Assembly (NCBI GenBank): GCA_031416075.1
Contig: JANOSY010000017.1
Location: 64,001-128,000, forward strand
Origin: Candidatus Tenderia sp.
GTDB taxonomy: Bacteria > Pseudomonadota > Gammaproteobacteria > Tenderiales > Tenderiaceae
DNA length: 64,000 nucleotides
Direction of reading: 5' to 3'
Part shown: one piece after another, positions 20,348-30,697 of the stretch
Position numbering within the stretch: the first letter of the stretch is position 1
Layout: every line of letters begins with the position of its first letter
Notes under the pieces: generated by a model
Databases searched by the model: none
What the model was told of the DNA's origin: nothing
Seen by the model: the letters and a program-made list of their open reading frames with translations, nothing else
Made by a program: the position numbers and the translations under genes

Positions 20348-23068
20348 CTAAAAGCTGTAACGAGCACTAAGGTTGATGCTGTTGCGGGTATAGCTGCCCA
20401 ACGAGCTGCTTTGAATCCCTTCAATAATCTGCAGCTGGTTGTAGACAAACCCCAGCGGTAGGCTGGAGCGCTGGATGGAGTAGTCATAACTACCCGAGAA
20501 GGTCAGCGCGCTGTCGTAACGGTAACTGACCCCCACGGCCGTCCCCAAACTCAGGTTGACACGTTTTTTCTGGAAGTTGGCATAAGAGTCAGGGTTGGTA
20601 TAGAGATAGAGGTTAATGTTGCCACTCAAATACCCAGACCATTTATCAGCCAACCGTTTATCTATCCGGCCATTCACTGCATGGCTGACATATGCATAGT
20701 CATTGCCCTGCCGCTTAAGATTTTGGTTAATCGCCAGGGTATAACCGTAGCTCAATGGCAGGCCATGCTCACCCAGGGTATTGGCGCTTATACCAAGGGT
20801 ATAGGTATTGGCATCAAAAAACGGGTTCTGCTGTGAACCAAAACCACGGTAACTGAAATTGGTCTGATAACCCGTGCCATCCCCCTGCCAGCCCACGCTG
20901 CCAAACAGGGTATCCGTGGTAGTACCACTCTGATTAGGCCTTAATACACTCGACTGACTGGCACGGTTAACCCCCAGACTCCACTGCTGCTCACGCCACT
21001 TAAACGCCAGGTTTGGCGTCATCGACAGGGTGAAAAAGTCGTATTGGCCTGCGTGGTAAACGGTGTAGTCAGGATTTACCCGGAGAGAAAACTGTAACCC
21101 CTTTTTAATCTTGTAGTTATAGGTGATGTTAGCCGATGTCTGAGTCCGGTATTCAAACAGTTTATTGGTGTAACCCACATTGGCGTTATCATCCACGCCT
21201 ACCGCGTAGGCAATCTGGTAACTCAGGCCATTGATGGTACGCTCCACCTGCTTAAGCCGTTCAGCGGCGGCGGTCAGGAGCCGTTGATCCTCGCTATTGC
21301 TCAGCAATACCTTGCGATACTCAACGATGGCCAGCGCCTCTTCCTCTTCCTGCTCTAACAACAGGCCAATATTAAAACGCGCGGCCATGTAGGTTGGCTC
21401 AATCTCAAGCAGTTTGTAGTAGTACTCTTTGGCGATTTTTGTATTCCCTTGGCGTGAAGAGACCAAGGCCAGATTCCAAAACACCTCACGGTCACCACCA
21501 AACTGGCTCTCAACACTGGAAAAGGCACTCATCGACTCCTCCAGCCGCCCCTCTCTGGAGTGGTGCTTACCCAACGCCATCAACACCCGTTTTTGGATCT
21601 CGGCCACCTTTGCATCATCATCAAACATTGTTGCCAATGCCCGCTGGTAATAGTCAACGGCCTGGGCCAGATCATTTTCACGTTCCGCAATCTCTCCTAG
21701 CAGAACATAGGCAACCCCTTGGCGTGCATCACTTTCGACCACTTTCAGATACTGCTCTTTAGCCTCAGCCAATTTGCCCTGTGTTTGCAAAATACTGCCC
21801 AAGCCAAGCCGCGCCTGTGCATCGCCCGGATCCTGCTCCAGCCTTGCCATCAACGCACGTTTATCCGCCAGCAGCTTACGTACACTCTGCAACCGCCCGC
21901 CAATCTGCGGGTCAAGACGACCGTAAACATCATTCACCATCTCAGACATCTGGCCATCATTATCATTGGCCAGCACATACTCAAGCTCAGCCACCGCCTC
22001 AATAATCCGTTTGGAATCAAGATGCAGCAGCCCCAGGCGAAAGTGGGCTTCAAGATTATCAGGATCTACCTTGAGTACCCGCTCAAACGCATTAGTGGCA
22101 ATATCAAGCCTGCCCGCCACCTGGCTGAGACGGGCAATATTCCCATTCACCACGATATTCATCGGATCAAGCGCCTGCACCTCCAGGAAGGTCTGAAGTG
22201 CCTGTTCATTTTTACCCTCCTGCAACTGCCGGACACCACGAATCAAACCAAGCTTGATGTTCACCTGCCGCACTAGATCATCTTTAGCCCCCTTTTGCAG
22301 GACCAACAGAAAATTGCTCTCCGCCAAATCAATATTTCGCATCGCCTCATACACATTCGCCAGATAGAAATAGGCCAACGGATTGTCAGGCGCCAGCAAA
22401 ACAATGTTTTTATAGCTCTGCTCAGCCTGTTCAAGCAGACCCGCACGGACAAAGGTGGCACCAATGACATGCAATAAAGAGGCGTCAGTTGGATATTTGC
22501 CCTGCAAGGCGCTGCCCAGCTCCAATACAGCATCCTGATCGCGCTGTTTTTCAGCACGACTCAACAGCAATAGCCCTAACGATCTATCCGCACGCGCCGC
22601 CGCCAGTGAATCCGGCGGCTCACCGGCATGTTCCAAAACATATTGATACTGAACAATGGCATCATCATCACGGCCAATCTCTTCCAGCGCTTTGGCATAC
22701 GCAAGCCGTGGCATCGGGGCGTTTGGCTCAAGCGCCACCGCCTTCTGTATATATTCCATCCCATCGATATAATTTTTATTCTGAAAACTAATAATGGCCA
22801 GGCGATAAAGCGCTTCCACCTGATTTGGACTAATACGCAACAACTCAATAAACGCCTGGGCGGCATCATCCTGACGGTTTTCAAGAAATGCCTTACGTCC
22901 CGCTTCAAGCAACTGTGACGCTGGCCCCGTCTGCTGGGGTTCAGAAAAACTCTCGCCAAAATCAGCCATCTGGGCCAACACACAGGGCGCAGAGAAGAGC
23001 ACCACAGCACCCAGCAAACATCTTAATGGCCGTGGCGCGGTAAATTTAAGTAACAGCGGACGCCACAT
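20348..23068 (-). CDS. Large TPR protein with a C-terminal outer-membrane beta-barrel
   Basis: Signal peptide; ~600 aa of TPR helices; ~290 aa of Y/S/N-rich amphipathic strands ending ARYSF. Confidence 0.8.
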   Translation of the reverse strand: MWRPLLLKFTAPRPLRCLLGAVVLFSAPCVLAQMADFGESFSEPQQTGPASQLLEAGRKAFLENRQDDAAQAFIELLRISPNQVEALYRLAIISFQNKNYIDGMEYIQKAVALEPNAPMPRLAYAKALEEIGRDDDAIVQYQYVLEHAGEPPDSLAAARADRSLGLLLLSRAEKQRDQDAVLELGSALQGKYPTDASLLHVIGATFVRAGLLEQAEQSYKNIVLLAPDNPLAYFYLANVYEAMRNIDLAESNFLLVLQKGAKDDLVRQVNIKLGLIRGVRQLQEGKNEQALQTFLEVQALDPMNIVVNGNIARLSQVAGRLDIATNAFERVLKVDPDNLEAHFRLGLLHLDSKRIIEAVAELEYVLANDNDGQMSEMVNDVYGRLDPQIGGRLQSVRKLLADKRALMARLEQDPGDAQARLGLGSILQTQGKLAEAKEQYLKVVESDARQGVAYVLLGEIAERENDLAQAVDYYQRALATMFDDDAKVAEIQKRVLMALGKHHSREGRLEESMSAFSSVESQFGGDREVFWNLALVSSRQGNTKIAKEYYYKLLEIEPTYMAARFNIGLLLEQEEEEALAIVEYRKVLLSNSEDQRLLTAAAERLKQVERTINGLSYQIAYAVGVDDNANVGYTNKLFEYRTQTSANITYNYKIKKGLQFSLRVNPDYTVYHAGQYDFFTLSMTPNLAFKWREQQWSLGVNRASQSSVLRPNQSGTTTDTLFGSVGWQGDGTGYQTNFSYRGFGSQQNPFFDANTYTLGISANTLGEHGLPLSYGYTLAINQNLKRQGNDYAYVSHAVNGRIDKRLADKWSGYLSGNINLYLYTNPDSYANFQKKRVNLSLGTAVGVSYRYDSALTFSGSYDYSIQRSSLPLGFVYNQLQIIEGIQSSSLGSYTRNSINLSARYSF

Positions 23069-23973
23069 CAGAAATAGACATTCATCTTAAATAGCAATTT
23101 CCAGCCATCAAAATTAAGGCGAATGGTCGAATAATCCTCAATCGAGTCAAAATCATGCCGTAAATATTGAAGGTCACCCGAACCCGCACTGACCCGTTGA
23201 GGCAACCAAAATGTCAGGTTATCCGTCGGCAAGAAGTTGGTTGTTGACGCTCCATCACGTAACGTAGGGCGCTTAAGCCCGATCACGTACGACGCATCCA
23301 CCCCAACAGAGAGCCAATCGTCAAAAAAATAGTTCATGCCAAAACCGGGTTGCAGCATTAACAACCCCGTCGATTGCGATTGTAGGATTGTGGTTTTTTT
23401 CACCCCCGCCGCCTTTCCTGCCGTAAAGAGAAAGACCATATCCTCGCGGAAATCGATATCAAACACCTCATTTAACGTTAACCGGTAATAGAGTCTGAAC
23501 TTGTTATCCACATCCACAATGTTCCGCTTCAGGCCAAAATAGAACTCATTGTATGAGAGCTTGGCCACCCGCTCATTAACAACATCGGCCGGGTCTCCCT
23601 GAACATAAAAACCACCCGAAGCAACCGCACGCGATGTCGCCTCCCAGTTCCCCCCCCCAAATACCACTGCATACTCATCATTCAGCGTCCACTGAAACTC
23701 CAGCCCGCCATTTGTACCCAACTCCAGTGGTGGCAACGGGTTTTGAAAATTCAAAGGGACCTGAATATTGTTCCCCGAACCGGCAAACAGAGAAGCAAAG
23801 CCGCCAATGGACGACTTAAACTCCGCATCGTTTAAATCCTCCAAAGCAGGCCGATGTACCCCTAAATAGAACCCCACACCCAACCCTTTTTCAGGGGCCG
23901 CCATAACCTGTGAGCCAAACAGGCACACCGCCAACAGCAACAAAAGCTTTGTTAGCCCGCGCATTGGCAACAC
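23068..23973 (-). CDS. Hypothetical outer-membrane beta-barrel protein
   Basis: Signal peptide, alternating hydrophobic strands, C-terminal NVYF; overlaps the next gene. Confidence 0.7.
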   Translation of the reverse strand: MLPMRGLTKLLLLLAVCLFGSQVMAAPEKGLGVGFYLGVHRPALEDLNDAEFKSSIGGFASLFAGSGNNIQVPLNFQNPLPPLELGTNGGLEFQWTLNDEYAVVFGGGNWEATSRAVASGGFYVQGDPADVVNERVAKLSYNEFYFGLKRNIVDVDNKFRLYYRLTLNEVFDIDFREDMVFLFTAGKAAGVKKTTILQSQSTGLLMLQPGFGMNYFFDDWLSVGVDASYVIGLKRPTLRDGASTTNFLPTDNLTFWLPQRVSAGSGDLQYLRHDFDSIEDYSTIRLNFDGWKLLFKMNVYF

Positions 23974-26424
23974 CTATACTGACTTTGAGGATTCATTGCT
24001 ACGCAGAAACAGCGGCAGTATCAGCAGCGCCGCAATACAACTGACAACCATATAGAGCACCACAAATACGCCCAATTTGACATGCGGAGGGAACTGTGAC
24101 AAAAACAGGACGGAAAACCCCGCCACTACCACCACCGCATTAAAGACAATCGTACGCCCGACACTTCGGAGCGTTTCAGAAACTGCCATTTCGTGGGACA
24201 ACCCTGCCTTGCGCTCTGCCGTATAACTAAAAACATAATGGATGGCGTAATCAACCCCTACCCCTACCGCAATACCCGCCGCCAGTACGCTGGAAACATC
24301 CACCGGAATACCTAACCAACCCGCTCCGCCACCCACTAGCAGGCTGGCAATCAGCACGGGCAGCACCACCGCAGCCCCCACATAAAACGAACGAAACCAA
24401 AGTACCGCCAGTATAAAAATGGCCACCTTCGAAAACAGCAACGACCAGATCTGGCTATCGATCAACATCTGCGCCCAGATATAGGAGTTATTGGCTGACC
24501 CTGCAAAATTCACCTGAACACTCTTGTCGGTAAAGTTCTGAGCAACATATTCATTAATATTATGAATGATGTTTTTTAAATGGAGCGTCTGGTCAGTCTT
24601 GATGGAGACCGTGATATTGGCATGCTGATAGTTAAAGTCCACCACCTCATCCAGAAGCTCCGGCTGTCCAGAGACCGAGTAGAGATAGAGCCCTTCAGCA
24701 ATCTCGGCCTGACTCTTCGGCAAGGTGTAGTAGGCCTCATCCATGGAGTGGAGCGTCTTGTTCAGGCTTTTAAGATAGTCCACCACAGAGACTGTATCAC
24801 CCACATACTCAAGGCTCTCGGCGTATTGCTGCAATCCGTCCATCTTCGCCAGCAACTCTGGTGACTTAAGGCCGTCAGGCGCAGCAGTCTCCACCACAAT
24901 ATTCAGAAACTGTGAGCCATCAAAACGCTCGTTCACCAGGGCCGTTGACTGGGCAACTTCACTATCTGCCCTAAAATCACTCAACCAGCTGGAGTTAACC
25001 TCAAGCTTCAACACCCCCGCACTTATCACCAGCACCACCACTGCCACCGCCGCCGATGACAGCTTGCGGTTGCCCATTAAAAACTGCCCCAGCTTCACCA
25101 GCACGACCGTCATCACATCCTGCTCTGCACGTACCCGCATCGAACGTTTGCGGGAGTGATAACCAGGCACCGCTGGTTTCATGATAGTAAGCATGGCAAC
25201 TGCCATTGTCATCGTCAGCAACCAACAGAAGGCAATGCCCAGGACCGTAAACAGACCAAAGATTTTAAAGGGAGGCATTTCAGCCATTAACAGAGAGAGA
25301 AAACCAACTGCTGTGGTCACAGACGTTGTTACTAACGGTGGCCCCAGCTTTGCCATCACCTCCGAAATAATCTCGCCGCCACTACGGTATGGATTTTCCA
25401 GCACCTTATTATAATAGTGGCTCAACAGATGTACCGAATCACCAATCCCCACCGCCACCAGGATCACTGGCAACATGGTTGAAATGGTATACAGCGGCAC
25501 ATCCAACAACACCATCGCGCCCAGCGTCCAGATAATCGCCCCTGCCATCACCAGCAGCGGAATCAGAATGCCACGCCCGGTCTTGAAGATCAGAAACAGC
25601 GCCACCGCCATTACCGCAATCAGCAGAGGCACCATCATCTTCATATCGGACATGGCGCTAAGCCCCGATGTCACTTCAATAACAGGACGTCCCGCCAGAT
25701 AGATCACATCACCATTATCAAGAACAGCCGCCTCAATCTCACCACTCTGCTGCTGCCACTCCTGATCACCTTTCCCCCACTCACCATCCTGCTGCCAGTC
25801 ACCACTGGTCTCGCCACTCCACCAGCTATTCCCTGTTGTACCACCACCTTCAGCCGCAATAACGCCTTTTATCTGCCAAAACGTCTGATAACGGTTGGTG
25901 GCTCCCTCTTTAAGCTTGGCGCGAATCATCGCCGCACTGCCATCCGCCGAGACTATATTGCCCACCAGGATGTCGGCATGCTGCTCAACTTTATCTTTAA
26001 GCTTTTTAATCTCATCATCGGTGGCCGTGCCGCCCTCCATCAGGCGCACAGCCCCCATGCTTTCATCATTCCCTTCAAATACAGTCGCTGTTGACAGTGA
26101 GGCCACATCCAGAACACGGCTGGCAATTACCCCAGGCAGCTCAGCCACCTTCTCACTGATCCTGGCAATACGCTCCAGCGTCTCTTTGTTATAAACACCC
26201 TTGTCATCATTTTTAACAATGATCACAATTGCATCTTTAGCCCCAAACAGATGCTCAATCTTCTCATCATATTGAATAGCCGGATGCCCTTTGGGCATAT
26301 AGACACGGGCATCAGTCTCCCAACGCAGCTGGCCAAGCTGCATCAACATAAACACGGTTATGGCCGCAATTATTGCAAGAATAATCTTCGGATACCTGAC
26401 CACAAAACCGTATAACAACTTCAT
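23974..26424 (-). CDS. MMPL/RND family transporter with a Trp-rich periplasmic insert
   Basis: Two-repeat RND topology; GIGDSVH and GVGVDYAIH TM4/TM10 motifs. Confidence 0.9.
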   Translation of the reverse strand: MKLLYGFVVRYPKIILAIIAAITVFMLMQLGQLRWETDARVYMPKGHPAIQYDEKIEHLFGAKDAIVIIVKNDDKGVYNKETLERIARISEKVAELPGVIASRVLDVASLSTATVFEGNDESMGAVRLMEGGTATDDEIKKLKDKVEQHADILVGNIVSADGSAAMIRAKLKEGATNRYQTFWQIKGVIAAEGGGTTGNSWWSGETSGDWQQDGEWGKGDQEWQQQSGEIEAAVLDNGDVIYLAGRPVIEVTSGLSAMSDMKMMVPLLIAVMAVALFLIFKTGRGILIPLLVMAGAIIWTLGAMVLLDVPLYTISTMLPVILVAVGIGDSVHLLSHYYNKVLENPYRSGGEIISEVMAKLGPPLVTTSVTTAVGFLSLLMAEMPPFKIFGLFTVLGIAFCWLLTMTMAVAMLTIMKPAVPGYHSRKRSMRVRAEQDVMTVVLVKLGQFLMGNRKLSSAAVAVVVLVISAGVLKLEVNSSWLSDFRADSEVAQSTALVNERFDGSQFLNIVVETAAPDGLKSPELLAKMDGLQQYAESLEYVGDTVSVVDYLKSLNKTLHSMDEAYYTLPKSQAEIAEGLYLYSVSGQPELLDEVVDFNYQHANITVSIKTDQTLHLKNIIHNINEYVAQNFTDKSVQVNFAGSANNSYIWAQMLIDSQIWSLLFSKVAIFILAVLWFRSFYVGAAVVLPVLIASLLVGGGAGWLGIPVDVSSVLAAGIAVGVGVDYAIHYVFSYTAERKAGLSHEMAVSETLRSVGRTIVFNAVVVVAGFSVLFLSQFPPHVKLGVFVVLYMVVSCIAALLILPLFLRSNESSKSV

Positions 26425-26437
26425 CTATGCCATTCCC

Positions 26438-27943
26438 CTAGAAAGAGTATTTAAACTCAAAAAATACCCTGTCGTTATCATGAAAATTCCCAACAAACTG
26501 GGCCTGCTGAATCGCCGGATTAAACTGGCCCTGCTCATTAATATTGGATGTTCCGAAGTCAGACTTTGGCCCTTCAAAAATATCCATGCCCACCGCCACC
26601 TGAAAGCGATTTGTCACATGAAAGGTCACCTTTGGCTTTAAAAAACTCTCATTCATGGTCTGCAAATAGATCCACAACGCCTGCACAGTCATCGAGTACG
26701 CAGGAAACTCCCTTCGTACAAACATATTGAACGATGTGTCCACCTGCTTCTGAATAATTGATTTCTCATAATCCAGAATGATCCACTGCATGCCCCCCAG
26801 CGCCACATCCCAGCCGAGCAAATTGACATCAACCCCGCCTCCCCAACGGATATGATTCTTCTGAACCTCACCATTAGAGTCCACATACCCATCACCATCA
26901 GCATCGGCGACATTGCTCAACCCAAAAAACTTATCCCTAACGTAGGCCAGCTCACCCTTAAGAATATACCCCCCCATCTGCCGCACTGCCGTCGCACCAA
27001 AAATGGAGAGCCTGGAATATGTTGGATAAAAGATCGGTGTTTCACCGCCAATTTTGACACTTCTGAATACCACAGGAAAATCATCCCACGTATAAAAATA
27101 GCTGAGGGATAACTCAGTGTCCGCAACATCTGCAGACCACCTCATGCCCACCTCAGAATTTTCCAGCCTCCAGGACTCAGGCCGTCTGGTACCAGGCACC
27201 TCTTGTAACAACTCCCACTCTGAACCCGGCGGTGCCGGTTTATGAAATTGCAAATCAGGGATCCAGACAAACTGCAGATCACCCCTCTTTGTATAATAAT
27301 CCAGCTTGGCGCTCCATAATGAAATACGATAATCCAACAGATCAGGCAGAATCAGCTCCCTAAAATCCATCGGGTTCATCTCATCAACAATACGAACCCC
27401 CTCCAGTACACCCCACACAATATACTGTTTGCCCAAGCGCATATCCCAACTATCGGCCGCCACATCCAGATAAAGCTCACGAATCGCAGCGACAGGACTG
27501 TCTTTTTCTTGGGGAAGGTTTTCAACAAAGGCAAGCGGCTCTTCTGAGTTGCGCTCCAACCTCGCAGAGATCGTCTCATAGTTAAACAGGTCGTAGGCAT
27601 GATCATAATATGCCCAACCCGTAAAATTAAACTTAACATTGTCTGTCAGAGGGTATTTACTGTTTAAATAGGCAATATTACGAAGCTTCGTGATCGCACG
27701 TGGCTCACGAATTCGATAGGCAATTTCATTTTTGAGGTAACCCGTCAGCTCTAACGCCGACCAGAGGGTTTCAGAAGTGGCATCTGTTTCCACCTCAACA
27801 GTCTCGGCAACATCAGGCTCGACACTGTTTGCAAACACGGAACCAAAATCAGATGGCGGCGGAGCCTGCTGCGCCAACACAGAACAGAAGGGCATTGGAC
27901 CGAAAAAAACAATGACTAACAACCACAGTTTGTGCACACCCAA
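26438..27943 (-). CDS. Outer-membrane porin-like protein (DUF1302-like)
   Basis: Signal peptide, RELYLD..RLGKQYIVWG, NPMD, C-terminal DRVFFEFKYSF; typical MMPL/LolA-like neighbour. Confidence 0.75.
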   Translation of the reverse strand: MGVHKLWLLVIVFFGPMPFCSVLAQQAPPPSDFGSVFANSVEPDVAETVEVETDATSETLWSALELTGYLKNEIAYRIREPRAITKLRNIAYLNSKYPLTDNVKFNFTGWAYYDHAYDLFNYETISARLERNSEEPLAFVENLPQEKDSPVAAIRELYLDVAADSWDMRLGKQYIVWGVLEGVRIVDEMNPMDFRELILPDLLDYRISLWSAKLDYYTKRGDLQFVWIPDLQFHKPAPPGSEWELLQEVPGTRRPESWRLENSEVGMRWSADVADTELSLSYFYTWDDFPVVFRSVKIGGETPIFYPTYSRLSIFGATAVRQMGGYILKGELAYVRDKFFGLSNVADADGDGYVDSNGEVQKNHIRWGGGVDVNLLGWDVALGGMQWIILDYEKSIIQKQVDTSFNMFVRREFPAYSMTVQALWIYLQTMNESFLKPKVTFHVTNRFQVAVGMDIFEGPKSDFGTSNINEQGQFNPAIQQAQFVGNFHDNDRVFFEFKYSF

Positions 27944-27963
27944 TCACCACGTCCCTGTCTTGA

Positions 27964-28360
27964 TCAAATAGCGGCTTTACACACATGACATAGCATGACA
28001 GGTCGGGCAGCTCCAAACCCCAAAGTAACCTCTTCGCCAGCCAGCAAGTCTACACCACAACCCATACACAGCGCCGGTTTATTTAACACCACACACCCCC
28101 ATCCCAGCACCGAATCAAAACGATCCACGGAGCGCATCCCGGCTGACTCACCTGTCGACAACACGGGCTGCGGCAACACCTCGCTTTCCCCCTCCTTAAA
28201 CGACTCCTCAAGAATATTACGAATCAAAATCGAAATAGGAATCCCCAACACTTCAGCGCGCTGCATAATACGATCACGCAGCTCTTTGGGCACCCTAGCC
28301 CCCAAGTATCCCTCTTTACGTTTCATTGCCATCGCAACGACCTCATCACGCCTGGCCATT
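27964..28360 (-). CDS. Ribbon-helix-helix DNA-binding protein with C-terminal CxxC...CxxC
   Basis: YLGARVPKELRDRI...ISILIRNIL RHH pattern; CMGC and CHVC; start uncertain. Confidence 0.65.
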
Positions 28361-28463
28361 GCCTCATTCCGCATTGATTTTGTCACCGCAACCATCCTCA
28401 ATCGTTCACAATGTCATACACACGTTATACATCAAAGTGAGGCGCGTCAAACAATGCTTTCAT

Positions 28464-28497
28464 AAAACAAAACGCCAGCCTGAAATCTGGCTGGCGT
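28464..28497 (-). terminator. Intrinsic terminator after the LolA-like gene
   Basis: ACGCCAGCC-loop-GGCTGGCGT followed by TTTGTTTT on the minus strand. Confidence 0.65.
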
Positions 28498-28524
28498 CAT
28501 AACAAAACGGACCACAACAATCCC

Positions 28525-29352
28525 CTACGGCCCCTTCTTCAGCTCACGCTCAGAAAACTGCCTATCCTCCAAACCAACACCAAACTTAACACCCGTCACT
28601 TCAAACACTGACTTATGCTTAGTCTGATAATTCTCCACCTCAACCCGATCCCAGGCCCATGCACCACCCACCTGCTGCCACGACAACACCTGAGTCTTCA
28701 GCAAACTCCCCTGCGGATCGTAATACTCCATCTTAGCCTTATAGCAACTATTCCAGTCAGGCGCTTTGGCATACCAGGAAATTTTCTTGCTATATTGTGG
28801 CCGCGCCTCCTTAGGAGTGCTTTCAACCACATGATATTTCACCCCGCCAGTCTCCTCAACACGCAACAATGTGTGCACATCCGCCGCCAGAACGCGCTCC
28901 TCAATGTCACCATAAGTAAGATCAGAACCCAAAAAGCTGTCCCCTGGATCCCGCACTGAAACCCTGCGAATCTTCCTCAACTGTGGCAAATACAACCATT
29001 GATCCGCCAATTTCCCAGAACTGGCAGTATATCCCCAGCGCATAAAACCGGTCCCTTTCGCGTCAGGAGGGAATTCCGTATACAAAACCATCTTATCTAA
29101 AACGCCTTCTTTGCCGTGGTAGTTTTTCCACAAACGTGCATAGATATTCTTACGTTCATTCTCATCTTTATCAATAAGAGCGATAGACAAACGTGACAAC
29201 TGATCCTCACCCGGGTTTTTATATTCACAGTTTTTCACAACATCGCCACCAAGCAAATCAGCAGCCAGAGCCACCCCAGTCAATGGAAACATCAAAACCG
29301 TCACAAACACAGAATGCATCCACCCAAAGTTCATACAACACCTCCACATCAC
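28525..29352 (-). CDS. Outer membrane lipoprotein-sorting (LolA-like/DUF1329-type) protein
   Basis: Signal peptide; PPDAKGTGF, DQWLYLPQLRKIRR, SFLGSDLTYGD, FSEREL; start uncertain. Confidence 0.85.
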   Translation of the reverse strand: MMWRCCMNFGWMHSVFVTVLMFPLTGVALAADLLGGDVVKNCEYKNPGEDQLSRLSIALIDKDENERKNIYARLWKNYHGKEGVLDKMVLYTEFPPDAKGTGFMRWGYTASSGKLADQWLYLPQLRKIRRVSVRDPGDSFLGSDLTYGDIEERVLAADVHTLLRVEETGGVKYHVVESTPKEARPQYSKKISWYAKAPDWNSCYKAKMEYYDPQGSLLKTQVLSWQQVGGAWAWDRVEVENYQTKHKSVFEVTGVKFGVGLEDRQFSERELKKGP

Positions 29353-29405
29353 CTTTGTGTAAAACCATCACCCAATGCAACAACCCACCAGCAAACATAC
29401 AACAC

Positions 29406-29430
29406 AAAAAAAGAGGGGCTTGCGCCCCTC
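29406..29430 (-). terminator. Strong intrinsic terminator
   Basis: GAGGGGC-GCAA-GCCCCTC-TTTTTTT on the minus strand. Confidence 0.9.
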
Positions 29431-29461
29431 CTTTCAAATCACAACATCTAACAATAAAATA

Positions 29462-30418
29462 CTATGGCCAAGGCTGGAACGGGTCGCTGATAGCCCCCGT
29501 CGTTGCACGAGCACCCCAAACGTTGGTATCCCACGCAATAGCCGCCATGTTAGTCAAGCTAAAGGTAGAGATAAAGTCATTGGCAGCAGTGGTTTTATTG
29601 TCATATGAAGTAAAGCCAAACGTCTGGCCAACGATAGTGCTCAAGTCCTGACCAATCCACACGGCCTGGACTCTATCACCCTTAGTACCACCATTACCCT
29701 TGACTGTGTCATTAGTCCACGTCATCACCAAGTTGGCTGGCGAAGCCGGAAGAGTCACAGTAGATTTACCAGCCACCGGATTAGAAACAATACGTGCATA
29801 ATCTCCAGACAGATCAACCAGCACAAAATCCTGCTTGTCCGTACCTTGTATAGGCACATAAGCAGTAATCTTCATCCCAGAAGCTGTAACGTCTGCGCCG
29901 TTATTCGTTGAGGCATCACCTTCTTGACGGAAAATAAAATCCGTTTGGAAATTATCAAACGTATCCTTCAAGCCTTGTGTCAACTTCAAACTATCTCCCG
30001 CCCAACCTGAGCTCAAGGTTGTGGACGCTTTAAAAGTAGTGGTTGCACTTACCTGAGAAATACGTTGCTTATCGGCTATACCAGTCACATTACCTGTACG
30101 AACAAAGCTCTCATCAGCAAAAACCAGAGCGTCGAGGGCCGTGGCATTTGCAGCAGTTGCGTTATTTTCCGTAATGATTGTCTGGAAGTACTGCTGTCCT
30201 GTACTGGTTTCAGTAACCATACGCTGATAGAAACCAAGATCGGTCATCGCCGTACCACAGCTAAAACCAGCCAAGGCACCAGCGCCGCACGCCGCACCAG
30301 CTATCGTACCGTTATTTACGGTCCATGAATCAAAGGCGGGCGCTGCCGCCAGCACAGAGCCGGAAAGTACCAGTGCTACAGCACCGGCCGAACTCGCAGC
30401 TTTATAAGGTTTACTCAT
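29462..30418 (-). CDS. Secreted hypothetical protein (Thr/Ala/Gly-rich, beta-rich)
   Basis: GGAGG RBS before ATG at 30418; signal peptide ending VLA; one Cys pair; own terminator. Confidence 0.8.
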   Translation of the reverse strand: MSKPYKAASSAGAVALVLSGSVLAAAPAFDSWTVNNGTIAGAACGAGALAGFSCGTAMTDLGFYQRMVTETSTGQQYFQTIITENNATAANATALDALVFADESFVRTGNVTGIADKQRISQVSATTTFKASTTLSSGWAGDSLKLTQGLKDTFDNFQTDFIFRQEGDASTNNGADVTASGMKITAYVPIQGTDKQDFVLVDLSGDYARIVSNPVAGKSTVTLPASPANLVMTWTNDTVKGNGGTKGDRVQAVWIGQDLSTIVGQTFGFTSYDNKTTAANDFISTFSLTNMAAIAWDTNVWGARATTGAISDPFQPWP

Positions 30419-30697
30419 TTTGAAGCCTCCTGATCTTTTTTTAAACATTTGCAGAGACACATCCATCTCTCCCAGCAAAAATCACCCTACTTACTCCACA
30501 ATAATACGTATATCACCTATTCAGTACCCGCGTCAATCGCGGTAAAATCACAAACAGTACAAAAACACCCTTCCTCAATGAATGACAGCTACAAAATGCC
30601 ACTCTCAATCCCTTACAGATACTCAGGCCACATCACAAAACATTTCCTTCTGTACGGATATCGGCCATTGAACAGTCGCACTTTAGTACTTTACACT

